The position numbers were made by a program, and so were the translations under genes. Positions 40,564-50,056 of a stretch of 64,000 bases of DNA are shown one piece after another. Source of the DNA: Alphaproteobacteria bacterium (GTDB lineage: Bacteria > Pseudomonadota > Alphaproteobacteria > UBA6615). The number at the start of each line of letters is the position of its first letter. The stretch's first letter is position 1. Under the pieces are notes generated by a model. That model searched no databases and was not told the DNA's origin. It was given only the letters and a program-made list of their open reading frames with translations. The DNA lies in NCBI GenBank assembly GCA_038137215.1, contig JAYQBG010000003.1, forward strand, positions 77,792-141,791. Reading direction: 5' to 3'.

Positions 40564-43500
40564 ATGAATTTGATTTCCTTCGCCATCCAGCGCCCGATCG
40601 CCGTTATCGCGGTCGTGATCATGGTGATCATGTTCGGTTATGTTGCCCTGACACGTATCCCGATCCAGATGACCCCGGATGTGCGCCAGCCCGTCATCAT
40701 TGTGGACACGTTCTGGCCGGGTGCCTCGCCACTGGAGGTCGAACGGGAGATCGTCAATCGCCAGGAAGAGGTTCTCAAGGGTCTCGAAGGCGTTCGCCGG
40801 ATCGAAAGCCGGGCGCGCACCGGGCGTTCGGATATCACGCTGGAGTTCAGCCCAAGCCAGAACATGGACCGCGCCCTGCTGCTGGTGGCGAACCGCCTCG
40901 ACCGGGTAAGCGGCTATCCCGAAGAAGCCGACGAGCCGACCCTGCGCACCTCGGGCACGGACGACAATGCGATTGCCTGGTTTATCCTGACCCGCGCTGA
41001 GGGCAATGAGCGCGACATGATCACCTATGGCGACTTCCTCGAGGATGTCGTGCAGGAGCGGATCGAGCGCATCCCGGGTATCTCCGGGGTGAATATATTC
41101 GGCGAGACCGAACGTGAGATGCGGGTGGTGGTCGATCCCGAGCGGCTCGCCCAGTTCCGCCTCACCGTCGAGGATGTGGTCACGCGTCTGCGTGCCGAAA
41201 ATGCCTCGATTTCCGGCGGCGATGTGGATGAAGGCAAGCGCCGGTACACGGTTCGCACCGAGGGCGACTTCAACGACGTCGAGCAGGTCTATGACATCGT
41301 CCTGCGCTCGGACGCCGAAATGGGCGACGGCCGCATCGGACGCGTGACCGTTCGCGACATCGCCACGGTCGAGCTCAACTACAAGAAGGCGGTGGCCCTG
41401 CCCCATAAATTCGACGACCGGGCCATGGCCTTCAACATGACTCGCGAACAGGGCGCCAATGTGCTTGTAGTCATGGAGCAGGTCCACGCGGTCATCGCAG
41501 ACCTCGCCGAAGGGGCTCTGAAGGATGTCGGGCTGGTGGTCGAGAACGTCTATGACGAGACGCTCTATGTGAACTCCGCCATCTCACTGGTGCAGCAGAA
41601 TATCGTTGTCGGCGGCATTCTCGCGGCTCTCATTCTCATGCTGTTCCTGCGATCCTGGCGACCGACCCTGGTCGTCTCACTCGCCATTCCTGTATCCGTC
41701 ATCGGATCCTTTGTGGCGATGGCGGCTCTGGGGCGCTCGCTGAACGTGATCAGCCTGGCCGGGATCGCCTTCGCCGTCGGCATGGTCGTCGATGCCGCGA
41801 TTGTGGTGCTGGAAAACATCTACCGCCTGCGCCAGGAAGGCATGTCCCGGTCCGAAGCCGCCCAGAAGGGCGCCTCACAGGTCTGGCCCGCCGTGCTCGT
41901 GTCCTCCCTGACCACGGTCATGGTCTTTATCCCGATCCTGATCATGGAGCTGGAGGCCGGCCAGCTGTTCCGGGACATCGCGGTGGCGATCTCCGTTTCG
42001 GTCATGCTGTCGCTGCTGGTCTCGGTGACCGTCATTCCGGCGCTCGCAAGCCGGCTGCTGGTCGGCAGTACGGCAGAAGGCGGAAAGACCGTGCGCCTGC
42101 CGGTAATCGACGACTTCGGACGGTCCTTTATCGCCTTCTGGCAGGCTTTCACACGCCTGGTGGTGCGCTCGAAACTGGTCGCCATTGCCGTGGTGGCTGC
42201 CATTACGATCGTTGCCGGCATCTTCACCGTGGTGATGGCTCCGAAACTCGACTATTTGCCGACCGGTAACCGGAATTTCGTCTTCGGCTTTGTCGTCTTT
42301 CCCCCCGGCTACAATCTCGACGAAGTGGCGGCGACCACCGAGCGTATGGCCGAACGGACCCGACAACTCTGGGCCACCGAGACCGGCGCCGAATCCGAAC
42401 CGGGGGGACCACCCAAGTTCGAACGGTTCATGCGGGTTCCGTTCGCCGGGCGCGCCTTCATCGGCGGCACCTCGGCCGAACCGGAGCGGGCATCCGAACT
42501 GATTCGCGTCCTCTCGGACTCCACCCAGGGCGAGCCGGACGGGGTACGGGCCTTCCCGTTCCAGCCATCACTGTTCGGCCGCTCCGTGGGCGGCGGGCGC
42601 AATATCGAACTCGATATTCGCGGTAACAACCTGCAGGACATCTACGAAACGGCAGATTCGGTCTATCGACGGGTCATTCAGGTGATGCCCTTCCCGGACG
42701 GCCACCGAACCCGGGCCATCCCGGGCCGCACCCTGGCGGCCCCGGAAGTTCGGGTCACACCCGACCGTGTCCGGCTGGCCGATAACGGCCTGTCCGCGCG
42801 CTCCCTCGGCCAGTCGGTCGATGCCTTCAATGACGGGGTGCGTGTCGATGAAATTACGGTCGAGGGCAAACGCATCGACCTGACCCTGATGGGCCCCCAG
42901 AACATGGTGGACCGCACCCAAGGCATTGGTGCCCTGCCCGTGGTGACCCGCGACGGACGGATCGTGCCGGTCGAGGGGCTGGCCGATGTCAGCATCACCA
43001 GCGGCCCCACGGAGGTCCGCCGGGCCGACCGGACACGCACGGTGACATTGCAAATCACCCCGAATGCGGAGATGCCGCTGCAAGAGGCCCTGGAACGAAT
43101 TCAGGATGAGGTGGTGGGTCAGGTCGAGGCCGAAGGATTGCCCGACGGTGTATCCCTCCACCTCACCGGCACGGCCGACAAGCTGATCGAGACCTGGGAG
43201 GAAATGGTCATCGACCTGCTTCTGGCGATTGTCATCGTCTATCTGGTGATGGCGGTGCTGTTCGAGAGCTTCATCTATCCGCTGATCATCCTGCTGACGG
43301 TGCCGATTGCGGCGGCGGGCGGTGTGGCGGGGCTGGCCGTGCTCAATATCGGGGTCAATCAGCCGCTCGACATGCTCACGATGCTGGGCTTTGTGATCCT
43401 GACCGGGATCGTGGTCAACAACGCGATTCTGCTCGTCCACCAGACGCTCTATCACATCCGGGAAGACGGCATGACATCCGACGAGGCGATCATGCGGGCC

Positions 43501-43749
43501 ACCCAGAACCGGGTCCGGCCGATCTTCATGTCCACGCTGACGTCGGTGTTCGGCATGCTGCCGCTGGTGCTGTTTCCCGGCGCCGGATCGGAATTGTATC
43601 GGGGTCTGGGATCGGTGGTGCTCGGCGGCTTGTCGCTCTCCGCCGTGCTGACACTGGCAATTGTGCCCCCTATGATGTCCATCACAGTCGGCGCACTCGA
43701 ACGCGGCAAGGATAAAGCTGGTAAGTTGGCCGGTTCACCCGCGGAATAG
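40564..43749 (+). CDS. RND efflux permease (AcrB/AcrD/AcrF family)
   Basis: 1061 aa; GMVVDAAIVVLENI, GIVVNNAILL, RVRPIFMS. Confidence 0.94.
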   Translation: MNLISFAIQRPIAVIAVVIMVIMFGYVALTRIPIQMTPDVRQPVIIVDTFWPGASPLEVEREIVNRQEEVLKGLEGVRRIESRARTGRSDITLEFSPSQNMDRALLLVANRLDRVSGYPEEADEPTLRTSGTDDNAIAWFILTRAEGNERDMITYGDFLEDVVQERIERIPGISGVNIFGETEREMRVVVDPERLAQFRLTVEDVVTRLRAENASISGGDVDEGKRRYTVRTEGDFNDVEQVYDIVLRSDAEMGDGRIGRVTVRDIATVELNYKKAVALPHKFDDRAMAFNMTREQGANVLVVMEQVHAVIADLAEGALKDVGLVVENVYDETLYVNSAISLVQQNIVVGGILAALILMLFLRSWRPTLVVSLAIPVSVIGSFVAMAALGRSLNVISLAGIAFAVGMVVDAAIVVLENIYRLRQEGMSRSEAAQKGASQVWPAVLVSSLTTVMVFIPILIMELEAGQLFRDIAVAISVSVMLSLLVSVTVIPALASRLLVGSTAEGGKTVRLPVIDDFGRSFIAFWQAFTRLVVRSKLVAIAVVAAITIVAGIFTVVMAPKLDYLPTGNRNFVFGFVVFPPGYNLDEVAATTERMAERTRQLWATETGAESEPGGPPKFERFMRVPFAGRAFIGGTSAEPERASELIRVLSDSTQGEPDGVRAFPFQPSLFGRSVGGGRNIELDIRGNNLQDIYETADSVYRRVIQVMPFPDGHRTRAIPGRTLAAPEVRVTPDRVRLADNGLSARSLGQSVDAFNDGVRVDEITVEGKRIDLTLMGPQNMVDRTQGIGALPVVTRDGRIVPVEGLADVSITSGPTEVRRADRTRTVTLQITPNAEMPLQEALERIQDEVVGQVEAEGLPDGVSLHLTGTADKLIETWEEMVIDLLLAIVIVYLVMAVLFESFIYPLIILLTVPIAAAGGVAGLAVLNIGVNQPLDMLTMLGFVILTGIVVNNAILLVHQTLYHIREDGMTSDEAIMRATQNRVRPIFMSTLTSVFGMLPLVLFPGAGSELYRGLGSVVLGGLSLSAVLTLAIVPPMMSITVGALERGKDKAGKLAGSPAE

Positions 43750-43792
43750 CCGGCTCGCCTTCGCGACAGGTGCATTCTACGATGGTGTTGAT

Positions 43793-43991
43793 ATGACCGG
43801 TTCCGAACACAGTCTGGCGGGCATCCCGTTTCTGGCGCCCCTGGAAGACTCCGCGCGCAAAGCCCTTGAGCAGCGCGCCCGCCCTTAACAACACCGCAAC
43901 GGTCGTGATTGCCTCCGACAGCCGCGTGCGGATGCGGATCGACAATGGGACCGATATTATCGAGGGTTCAAAGGTCGTCGGCGCGCAGTAG
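43793..43991 (+). pseudogene. Deletion scar: N-terminus of a probable cNMP-binding (Crp/Fnr-like) gene joined to the C-terminus of another gene
   Basis: MTGSEHSLAGIPFLAPLEDSARKALEQRARP* (43793-43888), then in another frame LNNTATVVIASDSRVRMRIDNGTDIIEGSKVVGAQ* (ends 43991). Confidence 0.5.
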
Positions 43992-44003
43992 GCCTCGGCG
44001 GGC

Positions 44004-44759
44004 CTAGGTTCGCGGCAGTCCCGCCAGGACATCCGGCGCGGCCGATTGGATCATCCGGAGATCGGATGTCGGGGTCACGAGGTCGAATCCGTCCTCGATC
44101 ATCTTCGCCGCGTAATCCGTGCGGGTGGCATGAACCCCGGCCCTGATCCCCGCCGCGTGCGCCCCTTCGCGAATCTGCGCGATCAGGTCCGCGACCGGCC
44201 CCTCGAAATTGTCGTGCTTGGGCGGATGCCCGTGAGAGAATGCCAGATCGGTCGGGCCGATATAGATCGCGTCAAGGCCGGGCGTCTCGGCGATCTCTTT
44301 CAGGTTCGCCACGCCCTCACGCGTCTCGATCATGGCAAAGGTCGCAATCTCGTCATTCGCTGAATCGAGATAACCGGCACCGCCGACGATCATACCGCGA
44401 TAGGCGCCATTCGAGCGGATGCCCTCCGGCGGATATCGGCAGGCCGCCACAAACCGTTCGGCATCCGCGCGGTTGTTGATCATGGGGCAGATGATCCCGT
44501 AGGCGCCCGCATCCAGGACACGCATCATCACCGACGGTTCGTTCCAGGGAACACGCACGATCGGGGTGACATCGCTCGCGGCCATCGCCTGCAACATGGG
44601 CACGGCGGCGCCCACATCGATTGAACTGTGCTGCAGATCGATGGTCAGGCTGTCCCAACCCTGATGTGCCATCACTTCTGCCAGGTGCGAGCCGGGCAGC
44701 GACAGCCAGCCATTGACGGCCACGTTCCCCGACGCCCAGACATCCTTCAGCTTGCTCAT
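44004..44759 (-). CDS. HpcH/HpaI family aldolase
   Basis: DSLTIDLQHS, VRVPWNEP, LDAGAYGIICPM, MIET, YIGPTDL. Confidence 0.9.
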   Translation of the reverse strand: MSKLKDVWASGNVAVNGWLSLPGSHLAEVMAHQGWDSLTIDLQHSSIDVGAAVPMLQAMAASDVTPIVRVPWNEPSVMMRVLDAGAYGIICPMINNRADAERFVAACRYPPEGIRSNGAYRGMIVGGAGYLDSANDEIATFAMIETREGVANLKEIAETPGLDAIYIGPTDLAFSHGHPPKHDNFEGPVADLIAQIREGAHAAGIRAGVHATRTDYAAKMIEDGFDLVTPTSDLRMIQSAAPDVLAGLPRT

Positions 44760-44903
44760 TGGATCACGCTCCCCTTTTTGAACGGCTTGTTCCGCACGAG
44801 TTTCGCATGCAGACGGGACGTCTTGCCAGTACCACTCGTCCGATGTCCGCATCCGCAGAGCGGCCCGGGTTTCTTCGGATGGCATGGACGGTCGGTCTGC
44901 GTC

Positions 44904-45305
44904 TCAGTGAACCGGGTCGCGCGCCGTCACATTCGGATCCGGCCAGATCGGTGACGGCCCGGACTGGTGGTGCAACATCAACCAATCGCTGCCCTCGCGT
45001 CCGAATATATTGGTCGCAATCAGACTGTGTGCGCCGACCTTCTCGTAGCACAACACGGTGGCGGTCTCGCCCCACGATCGGGCAACCGGCTGACGGAATG
45101 TGATATCGAAGCTCGCCATACCCTTCAGGATCGCCGCCCAGCTGTCGAGAACCTCGCGTCGTCCCGTCACGAGGCCGGCTCCGGGATGGATCACACTTAC
45201 CGGAAGTTCGCGGGCCCACATAGCCTCCATCGAGGTCATGTCGGCCGCAGCGAACGCCGCGTAGAAGGCTTCGTTGGCAAACAGAATTCGCGCCGTCTCA
45301 TCCAT
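44904..45305 (-). CDS. SnoaL-like / NTF2 family protein
   Basis: ANEAFYAAF, IHPG, ATNIF, WLMLHHQS. Confidence 0.87.
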   Translation of the reverse strand: MDETARILFANEAFYAAFAAADMTSMEAMWARELPVSVIHPGAGLVTGRREVLDSWAAILKGMASFDITFRQPVARSWGETATVLCYEKVGAHSLIATNIFGREGSDWLMLHHQSGPSPIWPDPNVTARDPVH

Positions 45306-45385
45306 GTTCCTCCCCCTTCCCCAGATGACCGCGCGGAGAAACCTTGAAGAACCATCATCGGCGACCCCATCCGGGCTTGCCGCGA

Positions 45386-45997
45386 CTAGCTGCGTGGTTC
45401 GTCTTCGGGATTATGGGCCAATGCCTCTTCGGGCACGAAATCCAGCTGGCCGGTATCACCCGGCTTCAGCCAATACAGTTCCACCGTCGATGTGACCTGT
45501 TTCTCGAAATACAGAAGATGCAGCGGATACCAGCCCGGTTCTGCGATTTCGACCGGCATAAGATCACAAAACCGGTCGCTGTGCACATCGGGGTCATAGA
45601 CCACACGCTTGCCGCCGATCTTCAGATCCACGCCGTCATTGGAACGCATCGCCATCGTGTAAGTGCCCGCGACCGAAAAATTGATATAGCCGCGGATATC
45701 GGACCCTACATGGTCGGCGCGACCGCTCGTCAGGACGTCACCATCCCCGACGAAGTAGTCGAGAATCAGAATGGGCTCGCCCTTCACGCCAGGCTTGTAT
45801 TTCGCCCATTCAGGAATCTCGCGCGTGTGGTCGAACTTGTTGAAATAGTAGGTAACCGCCAGTCCGGGCCGGAGTTGTTCGACCGAGAGTTGCGGGGATG
45901 CGGGTTGCAGCCCCGTGACCGGATCCACCGCCGCAGCCGGCAACGCTGTCAGCCCGAAAAACATCAATGCGGAAATCATCATCCGACAACTGCGCAT
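45386..45997 (-). CDS. Secreted standalone PA14 domain protein
   Basis: Signal peptide (ALPAAA), PGLAVTYY, GYINF...RSNDG, GWYPL...LYW; AGGAGG RBS. Confidence 0.8.
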   Translation of the reverse strand: MRSCRMMISALMFFGLTALPAAAVDPVTGLQPASPQLSVEQLRPGLAVTYYFNKFDHTREIPEWAKYKPGVKGEPILILDYFVGDGDVLTSGRADHVGSDIRGYINFSVAGTYTMAMRSNDGVDLKIGGKRVVYDPDVHSDRFCDLMPVEIAEPGWYPLHLLYFEKQVTSTVELYWLKPGDTGQLDFVPEEALAHNPEDEPRS

Positions 45998-46040
45998 CAA
46001 GAACCTCCTGTGCGCTGATCCTTTGCGATTTCCGGAACTG

Positions 46041-47246
46041 CTATGCGCGCTCCAGAACGGTTGCGATACCCTGGCCGACACCGATGCACATGGTGCAGAG
46101 CGCATATTTGGCATCGCGCTCCTGCAGTTCGTAGGCCGCGGTCGTGGCCAGCCGCGCGCCACTCGCGCCCAGCGGATGACCGAGCGCGATCGCCCCACCA
46201 TTCGGATTGACGTGCTCGGCATCGTCCGGGAGGCCTAGGTCGCGGGTCACCGCCAGGGCCTGAGCCGCGAAGGCCTCATTCAGTTCGATCACATCCATAT
46301 CGCCGATTTTCAGACCAAGCCGCTCCAGCAACTTGTGAGTGGCCGGGGCCGGACCAAAGCCCATGATGCGCGGCGGTACGCCCGCTGTCGCCGTCCCGAC
46401 GACCCGCGCCATCGGCGTTAGACCATATTTCTTGATGGCGTCTTCCGAGGCGATCAACATGGCGCAGGCACCATCATTCACGCCCGACGCATTGCCCGCG
46501 GTGACGCTGCCGCCATCACGGAACGGTGTGGGCAGCTTGGCGAGCTTGTCAGGATCGGTGTCGTGTCGCGGGTGCTCATCGGTGTCCACGATGACCGGGT
46601 CGCCACGCCGCTGGGGCACTTCCACGGCCACGATTTCGCGCTCGAAGCGGCCTTTTTCATGGGCCGCCTTGGACCGTGCCTGGGAACGATAGGCGAGACC
46701 ATCCTGATCTTCGCGGGCAATCTGGAATTCCTCAGCCACGTTCTCCGCCGTTTCAGGCATGGAATCGACGCCGTATTCGGCCTTCATCTTCGGGTTGATG
46801 AAGCGCCAGCCAATCGTCGTGTCCTCGATGCTGGACGAGCGGGAAAACGGCGTGGTGGATTTCGGCACGACGAACGGCGCGCGCGACATGCTTTCCACAC
46901 CGCCGGCAACAACCATATCGGCCTCTCCGGTACGCACCGCGCGGGCGGCCGCCGTCAGGGCCTCCAGCCCGGAGCCGCAGAGACGGTTGACGGTCGCCCC
47001 CGGCACATTGGACGAATAGCCGGCAAGCAGGAGCGCCATTCGCGCCACGTTGCGGTTGTCTTCGCCGGCCTGATTGACGTTGCCGTAATAGACCTCGTCC
47101 AGCTCATCCCAGGCCACGCCCGGATTGCGGTCCATCAGGGCCTTCATGGGAATCGCGCCCAGATCGTCGGTGCGCACGCTCGACAGCGAACCGCCATAGC
47201 GCCCGAAGGGTGTGCGGACGGCATCACAGATAAAGGCTTCGGACAT
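46041..47246 (-). CDS. pcaF: 3-oxoadipyl-CoA thiolase
   Basis: NQAGEDNRNVARM, NRLCGSG, DTTIGWRF, ELNEAFA, GHPLGASG, CIGVGQG. Confidence 0.92.
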   Translation of the reverse strand: MSEAFICDAVRTPFGRYGGSLSSVRTDDLGAIPMKALMDRNPGVAWDELDEVYYGNVNQAGEDNRNVARMALLLAGYSSNVPGATVNRLCGSGLEALTAAARAVRTGEADMVVAGGVESMSRAPFVVPKSTTPFSRSSSIEDTTIGWRFINPKMKAEYGVDSMPETAENVAEEFQIAREDQDGLAYRSQARSKAAHEKGRFEREIVAVEVPQRRGDPVIVDTDEHPRHDTDPDKLAKLPTPFRDGGSVTAGNASGVNDGACAMLIASEDAIKKYGLTPMARVVGTATAGVPPRIMGFGPAPATHKLLERLGLKIGDMDVIELNEAFAAQALAVTRDLGLPDDAEHVNPNGGAIALGHPLGASGARLATTAAYELQERDAKYALCTMCIGVGQGIATVLERA

Positions 47247-47282
47247 GGTTACTCTCCTGTTTTCGGTATTTTCGTTCGGCAG

Positions 47283-48347
47283 TCAGACCGCGTTCGGCCG
47301 GCGTCCATGATAGGCATCGTCCAGCAAGGCGCGAATACCATCGCGCGTGACCGGACGGGGATTGTAGTACGGATTCTGCGTCGCGATATCCGCGGCACGG
47401 TCCAGGTCTTCCTCTTTGAGACCGACATCGGCCAGCGCCATTTTCGCACCGACGGATTGCGCGAGATCGAACAGAGCCCCTGCGGGATCGTCCGTGTTCA
47501 ACGCCCGCGACAGCCTCTCCATCGCATCAGGTGCGGCACCGATATTGTAGGCTGTGGCATGCGGTATCACCGCTGTGTGGGTCTCGGCATGGGGCAGGTT
47601 GAAACTGCCGCCCAGCGTGTGACACAGCTTGTGATGCAGCGCCATGCCGACCGCGCCCAGCGCGCCACCGGACAGATAGGCGCCATAGAGGGCTTCGCTG
47701 CGGGCTTCCAGATCATCCGGAGTTTTCATCACGACGGGCAGTGCCCGCGCCAGCGAGCGGACGCCCTCTTCGGCCATCATCGAAATAATCGGATTGGCCG
47801 TTTCGGAATACATCGCTTCGACACAATGGGCGATGGCGTTCATACCACTCGGACCGGCGATGAAGTCCGGCAGCGTCAGCGTCAGCTTCGGATCATAGAC
47901 AACGGTTGTCGGCAGGACCTTGTTGTCACGCCCCGTTTTCTTGATGCCATCTTCGGTCAGTCCCCAGATCGGGGTCATTTCCGACCCGGCATAGGTTGTG
48001 GGCACCGCGATGATCGGCAGGCCGAATTCCAGCGCAATTGCCTTGCCCAATCCGATGGTCGAGCCACCCCCCACGGCCACGCAGGCATCCGCGCCGAGCC
48101 GGGCGGCCTCTTCGCGGGCTGCCTTGGCCACATCGATGGGCACATGCATCTCGGCCTTGTCATAAACACCGGCCGAACGGTCGCCGAGACGGGCGGACAC
48201 ATCCTCGGCCTGCGCGCGCTGTTGCGGGGTGGAGAGCACCAGGGCCTTGGCAACACCCAGCCGCGCAACCTCATTGGCCAGACGGTCGAGACTGCCGACC
48301 CCGAACACAACCCGGCCGGGCAGCGCCTCATAAGCGAATTCACGCAT
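47283..48347 (-). CDS. Maleylacetate reductase
   Basis: AEMHVP, GGGSTIGLGKA, PTTYAGSEMT, LHHKLCHTLGG, LPHAETH, NPYYNPRP. Confidence 0.92.
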   Translation of the reverse strand: MREFAYEALPGRVVFGVGSLDRLANEVARLGVAKALVLSTPQQRAQAEDVSARLGDRSAGVYDKAEMHVPIDVAKAAREEAARLGADACVAVGGGSTIGLGKAIALEFGLPIIAVPTTYAGSEMTPIWGLTEDGIKKTGRDNKVLPTTVVYDPKLTLTLPDFIAGPSGMNAIAHCVEAMYSETANPIISMMAEEGVRSLARALPVVMKTPDDLEARSEALYGAYLSGGALGAVGMALHHKLCHTLGGSFNLPHAETHTAVIPHATAYNIGAAPDAMERLSRALNTDDPAGALFDLAQSVGAKMALADVGLKEEDLDRAADIATQNPYYNPRPVTRDGIRALLDDAYHGRRPNAV

Positions 48348-48576
48348 GACAATCATCTCCCCGTAAACACAAGCGCCTCGCTTCGCGCGGGCGATCTCAC
48401 TTTCCGACATTGTATCGCACAGCCGCCCGGATACCCCAAGACGCACGCGCGGAAGGCTTACAAAGGGGTTCGAAATGCGAACCGCAGCGAACACGTCCGC
48501 GCCGGGAATATTCCATGGATGCGCCCCAAGATAATGTGATTTCGGCGTAGCCCGGACGACGCGATAGGCTCGCCCC

Positions 48577-49980
48577 ATGGAGAACATCCGATATACGATT
48601 TTCGGCGCGCTTCTGGGCGCTTCGCTCTGCGTCGCCCAACTTACCATAGCCCAGACCGGCGCACCGCCCAAACCCGCGGCAGAGCTGAACAACGCCGAAA
48701 TTCAGGAACTGGCGCGCGATATTCTCCGGGTCGGTACGCTGCAACGAAACTCCGTGATGGCCCGGCTGGTCGAACGCGGCGACACCGATGTGGTCCCGGC
48801 GCTGATACAACCCCTGCGCTTCCTGCAGTAGGATCCCTGGACGGTGATGGCCGCTCTGGAATCCCTGACAGGCGAAAATTTCGGTAAGGACTGGAACAAG
48901 TGGATACTCTGGCAGGAAGCGCATCCTGAGATCGTCCCCTTCGAGGGTTTCGATGCCTACAAGGAATGGGTGTTCACCAAGATTGATCCGGAGTTCAGCC
49001 TGTTCATCAATCCGGGCGTGGCGCACACAATCCGGCTGGAGGAGATCACCTGGGGCGGCGTTGTCAAAGACGGCATCCCGGCGCCGGTCAATCCGGATCT
49101 GGTGACACCGGGCGACGATGCCGCGAACTATCTGGACGACGACGAGCTGGTCTTCGGAGTTGCCATCAACGGCGATGCCCGCGCCTATCCACTGCGCGTG
49201 CTGGACTGGCACGAGATGTTCAACGACGTGATCGGCGGTGTGCCGGTTGCCCTGGCCTATTGCACCCTTTGCGGCTCGGGCATCCTGTTCGAAACCGCGG
49301 TGGATGGCCGCAAGGCACCCTTCGAGTTTGGCTCGTCGGGTTTTCTCTATCGCTCGAACAAGCTGATGTACGACCGCGAAACCAATTCTCTCTGGAACCA
49401 GTTTACCGGCCAACCGGTTGTCGGCGAACTGGTCAGCTCCGAGATCGAACTCAAGGTGCGCCCCGTCGCGATCACCACCTGAAAGAAATGGCTGGACCGC
49501 AATCCGGACACGCGTGTGCTCTCGCTCGAGACCGGATACAGCCGCGACTACCGTCCGGGCCGCCCCTACGCGTCCTATTTCAACAGTCTCGACCTGATGT
49601 TTCCGGCCCTGGTGAACGACGACCGTCTGGCCGCCAAGGACTACGTGTTTGCCCTGCGCCTCGAGAACGAGGAGAAAGCCTGGTCTCTCGGCCTGTTCGA
49701 ACATCAGCCGGTGCTCAACGACACCATCGGGGCGCGGGACATCGTCCTGGTCGGCGATCCGGAAACACGCACGGTGCGGGCTTACAGCTCAAACGGTCTT
49801 GTCTTAACGCCCGATGGCAACAGCCCCGCGATGCTGCGAAGCGGGAACGACACCTGGCAGATCACCGAAGACGCCCTTGTCGGCCCGGATGATCGCCGTC
49901 TGGATCGCCTGCCCGGCCACATCGCCTACTGGTTCGCCTGGCAGAACTATCTGCCCGATGCCGAAATACGCATGAACTAG
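48577..49980 (+). pseudogene. DUF3179 family exported protein with two in-frame stops (TAG 48829-31, TGA 49480-82)
   Basis: Three consecutive same-frame ORFs: ...RFLQ*DPWTV...WGGVVKDGIPA...WHEMFND...YCTLCGSG...FGSSGFLYRSNKLMYDRET.SLW.Q...AITT*KKWLDRNPDT...YWFAW. Confidence 0.85.
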
Positions 49981-50056
49981 CTCCCGGCGATTTCGCAGGC
50001 CCGCGACGTGGTGTAAACTTCCCCGACAATCATTCTCTTGCCAGGAACCTGCCGCC

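Noticed and set aside
44760-44885. N-terminal extension of the HpcH aldolase (ORF track start 44885)
   Set aside because: Family similarity begins at MSKLK (44759), which has its own GGGAG RBS; the extension has no recognisable features
4973-48831. Amber recoding or pyrrolysine read-through explaining the repeated in-frame TAGs
   Set aside because: Many intact genes here end in TAG (aroC, rpoH, manC, RND genes), premature TAA and TGA also occur, and no pyl genes or suppressor tRNA are visible
49480-49482. TGA as selenocysteine (some DUF3179 proteins are selenoproteins)
   Set aside because: The CxxC motif is Cys-encoded, the TGA aligns with a usual Trp position, and the gene has a second (TAG) stop
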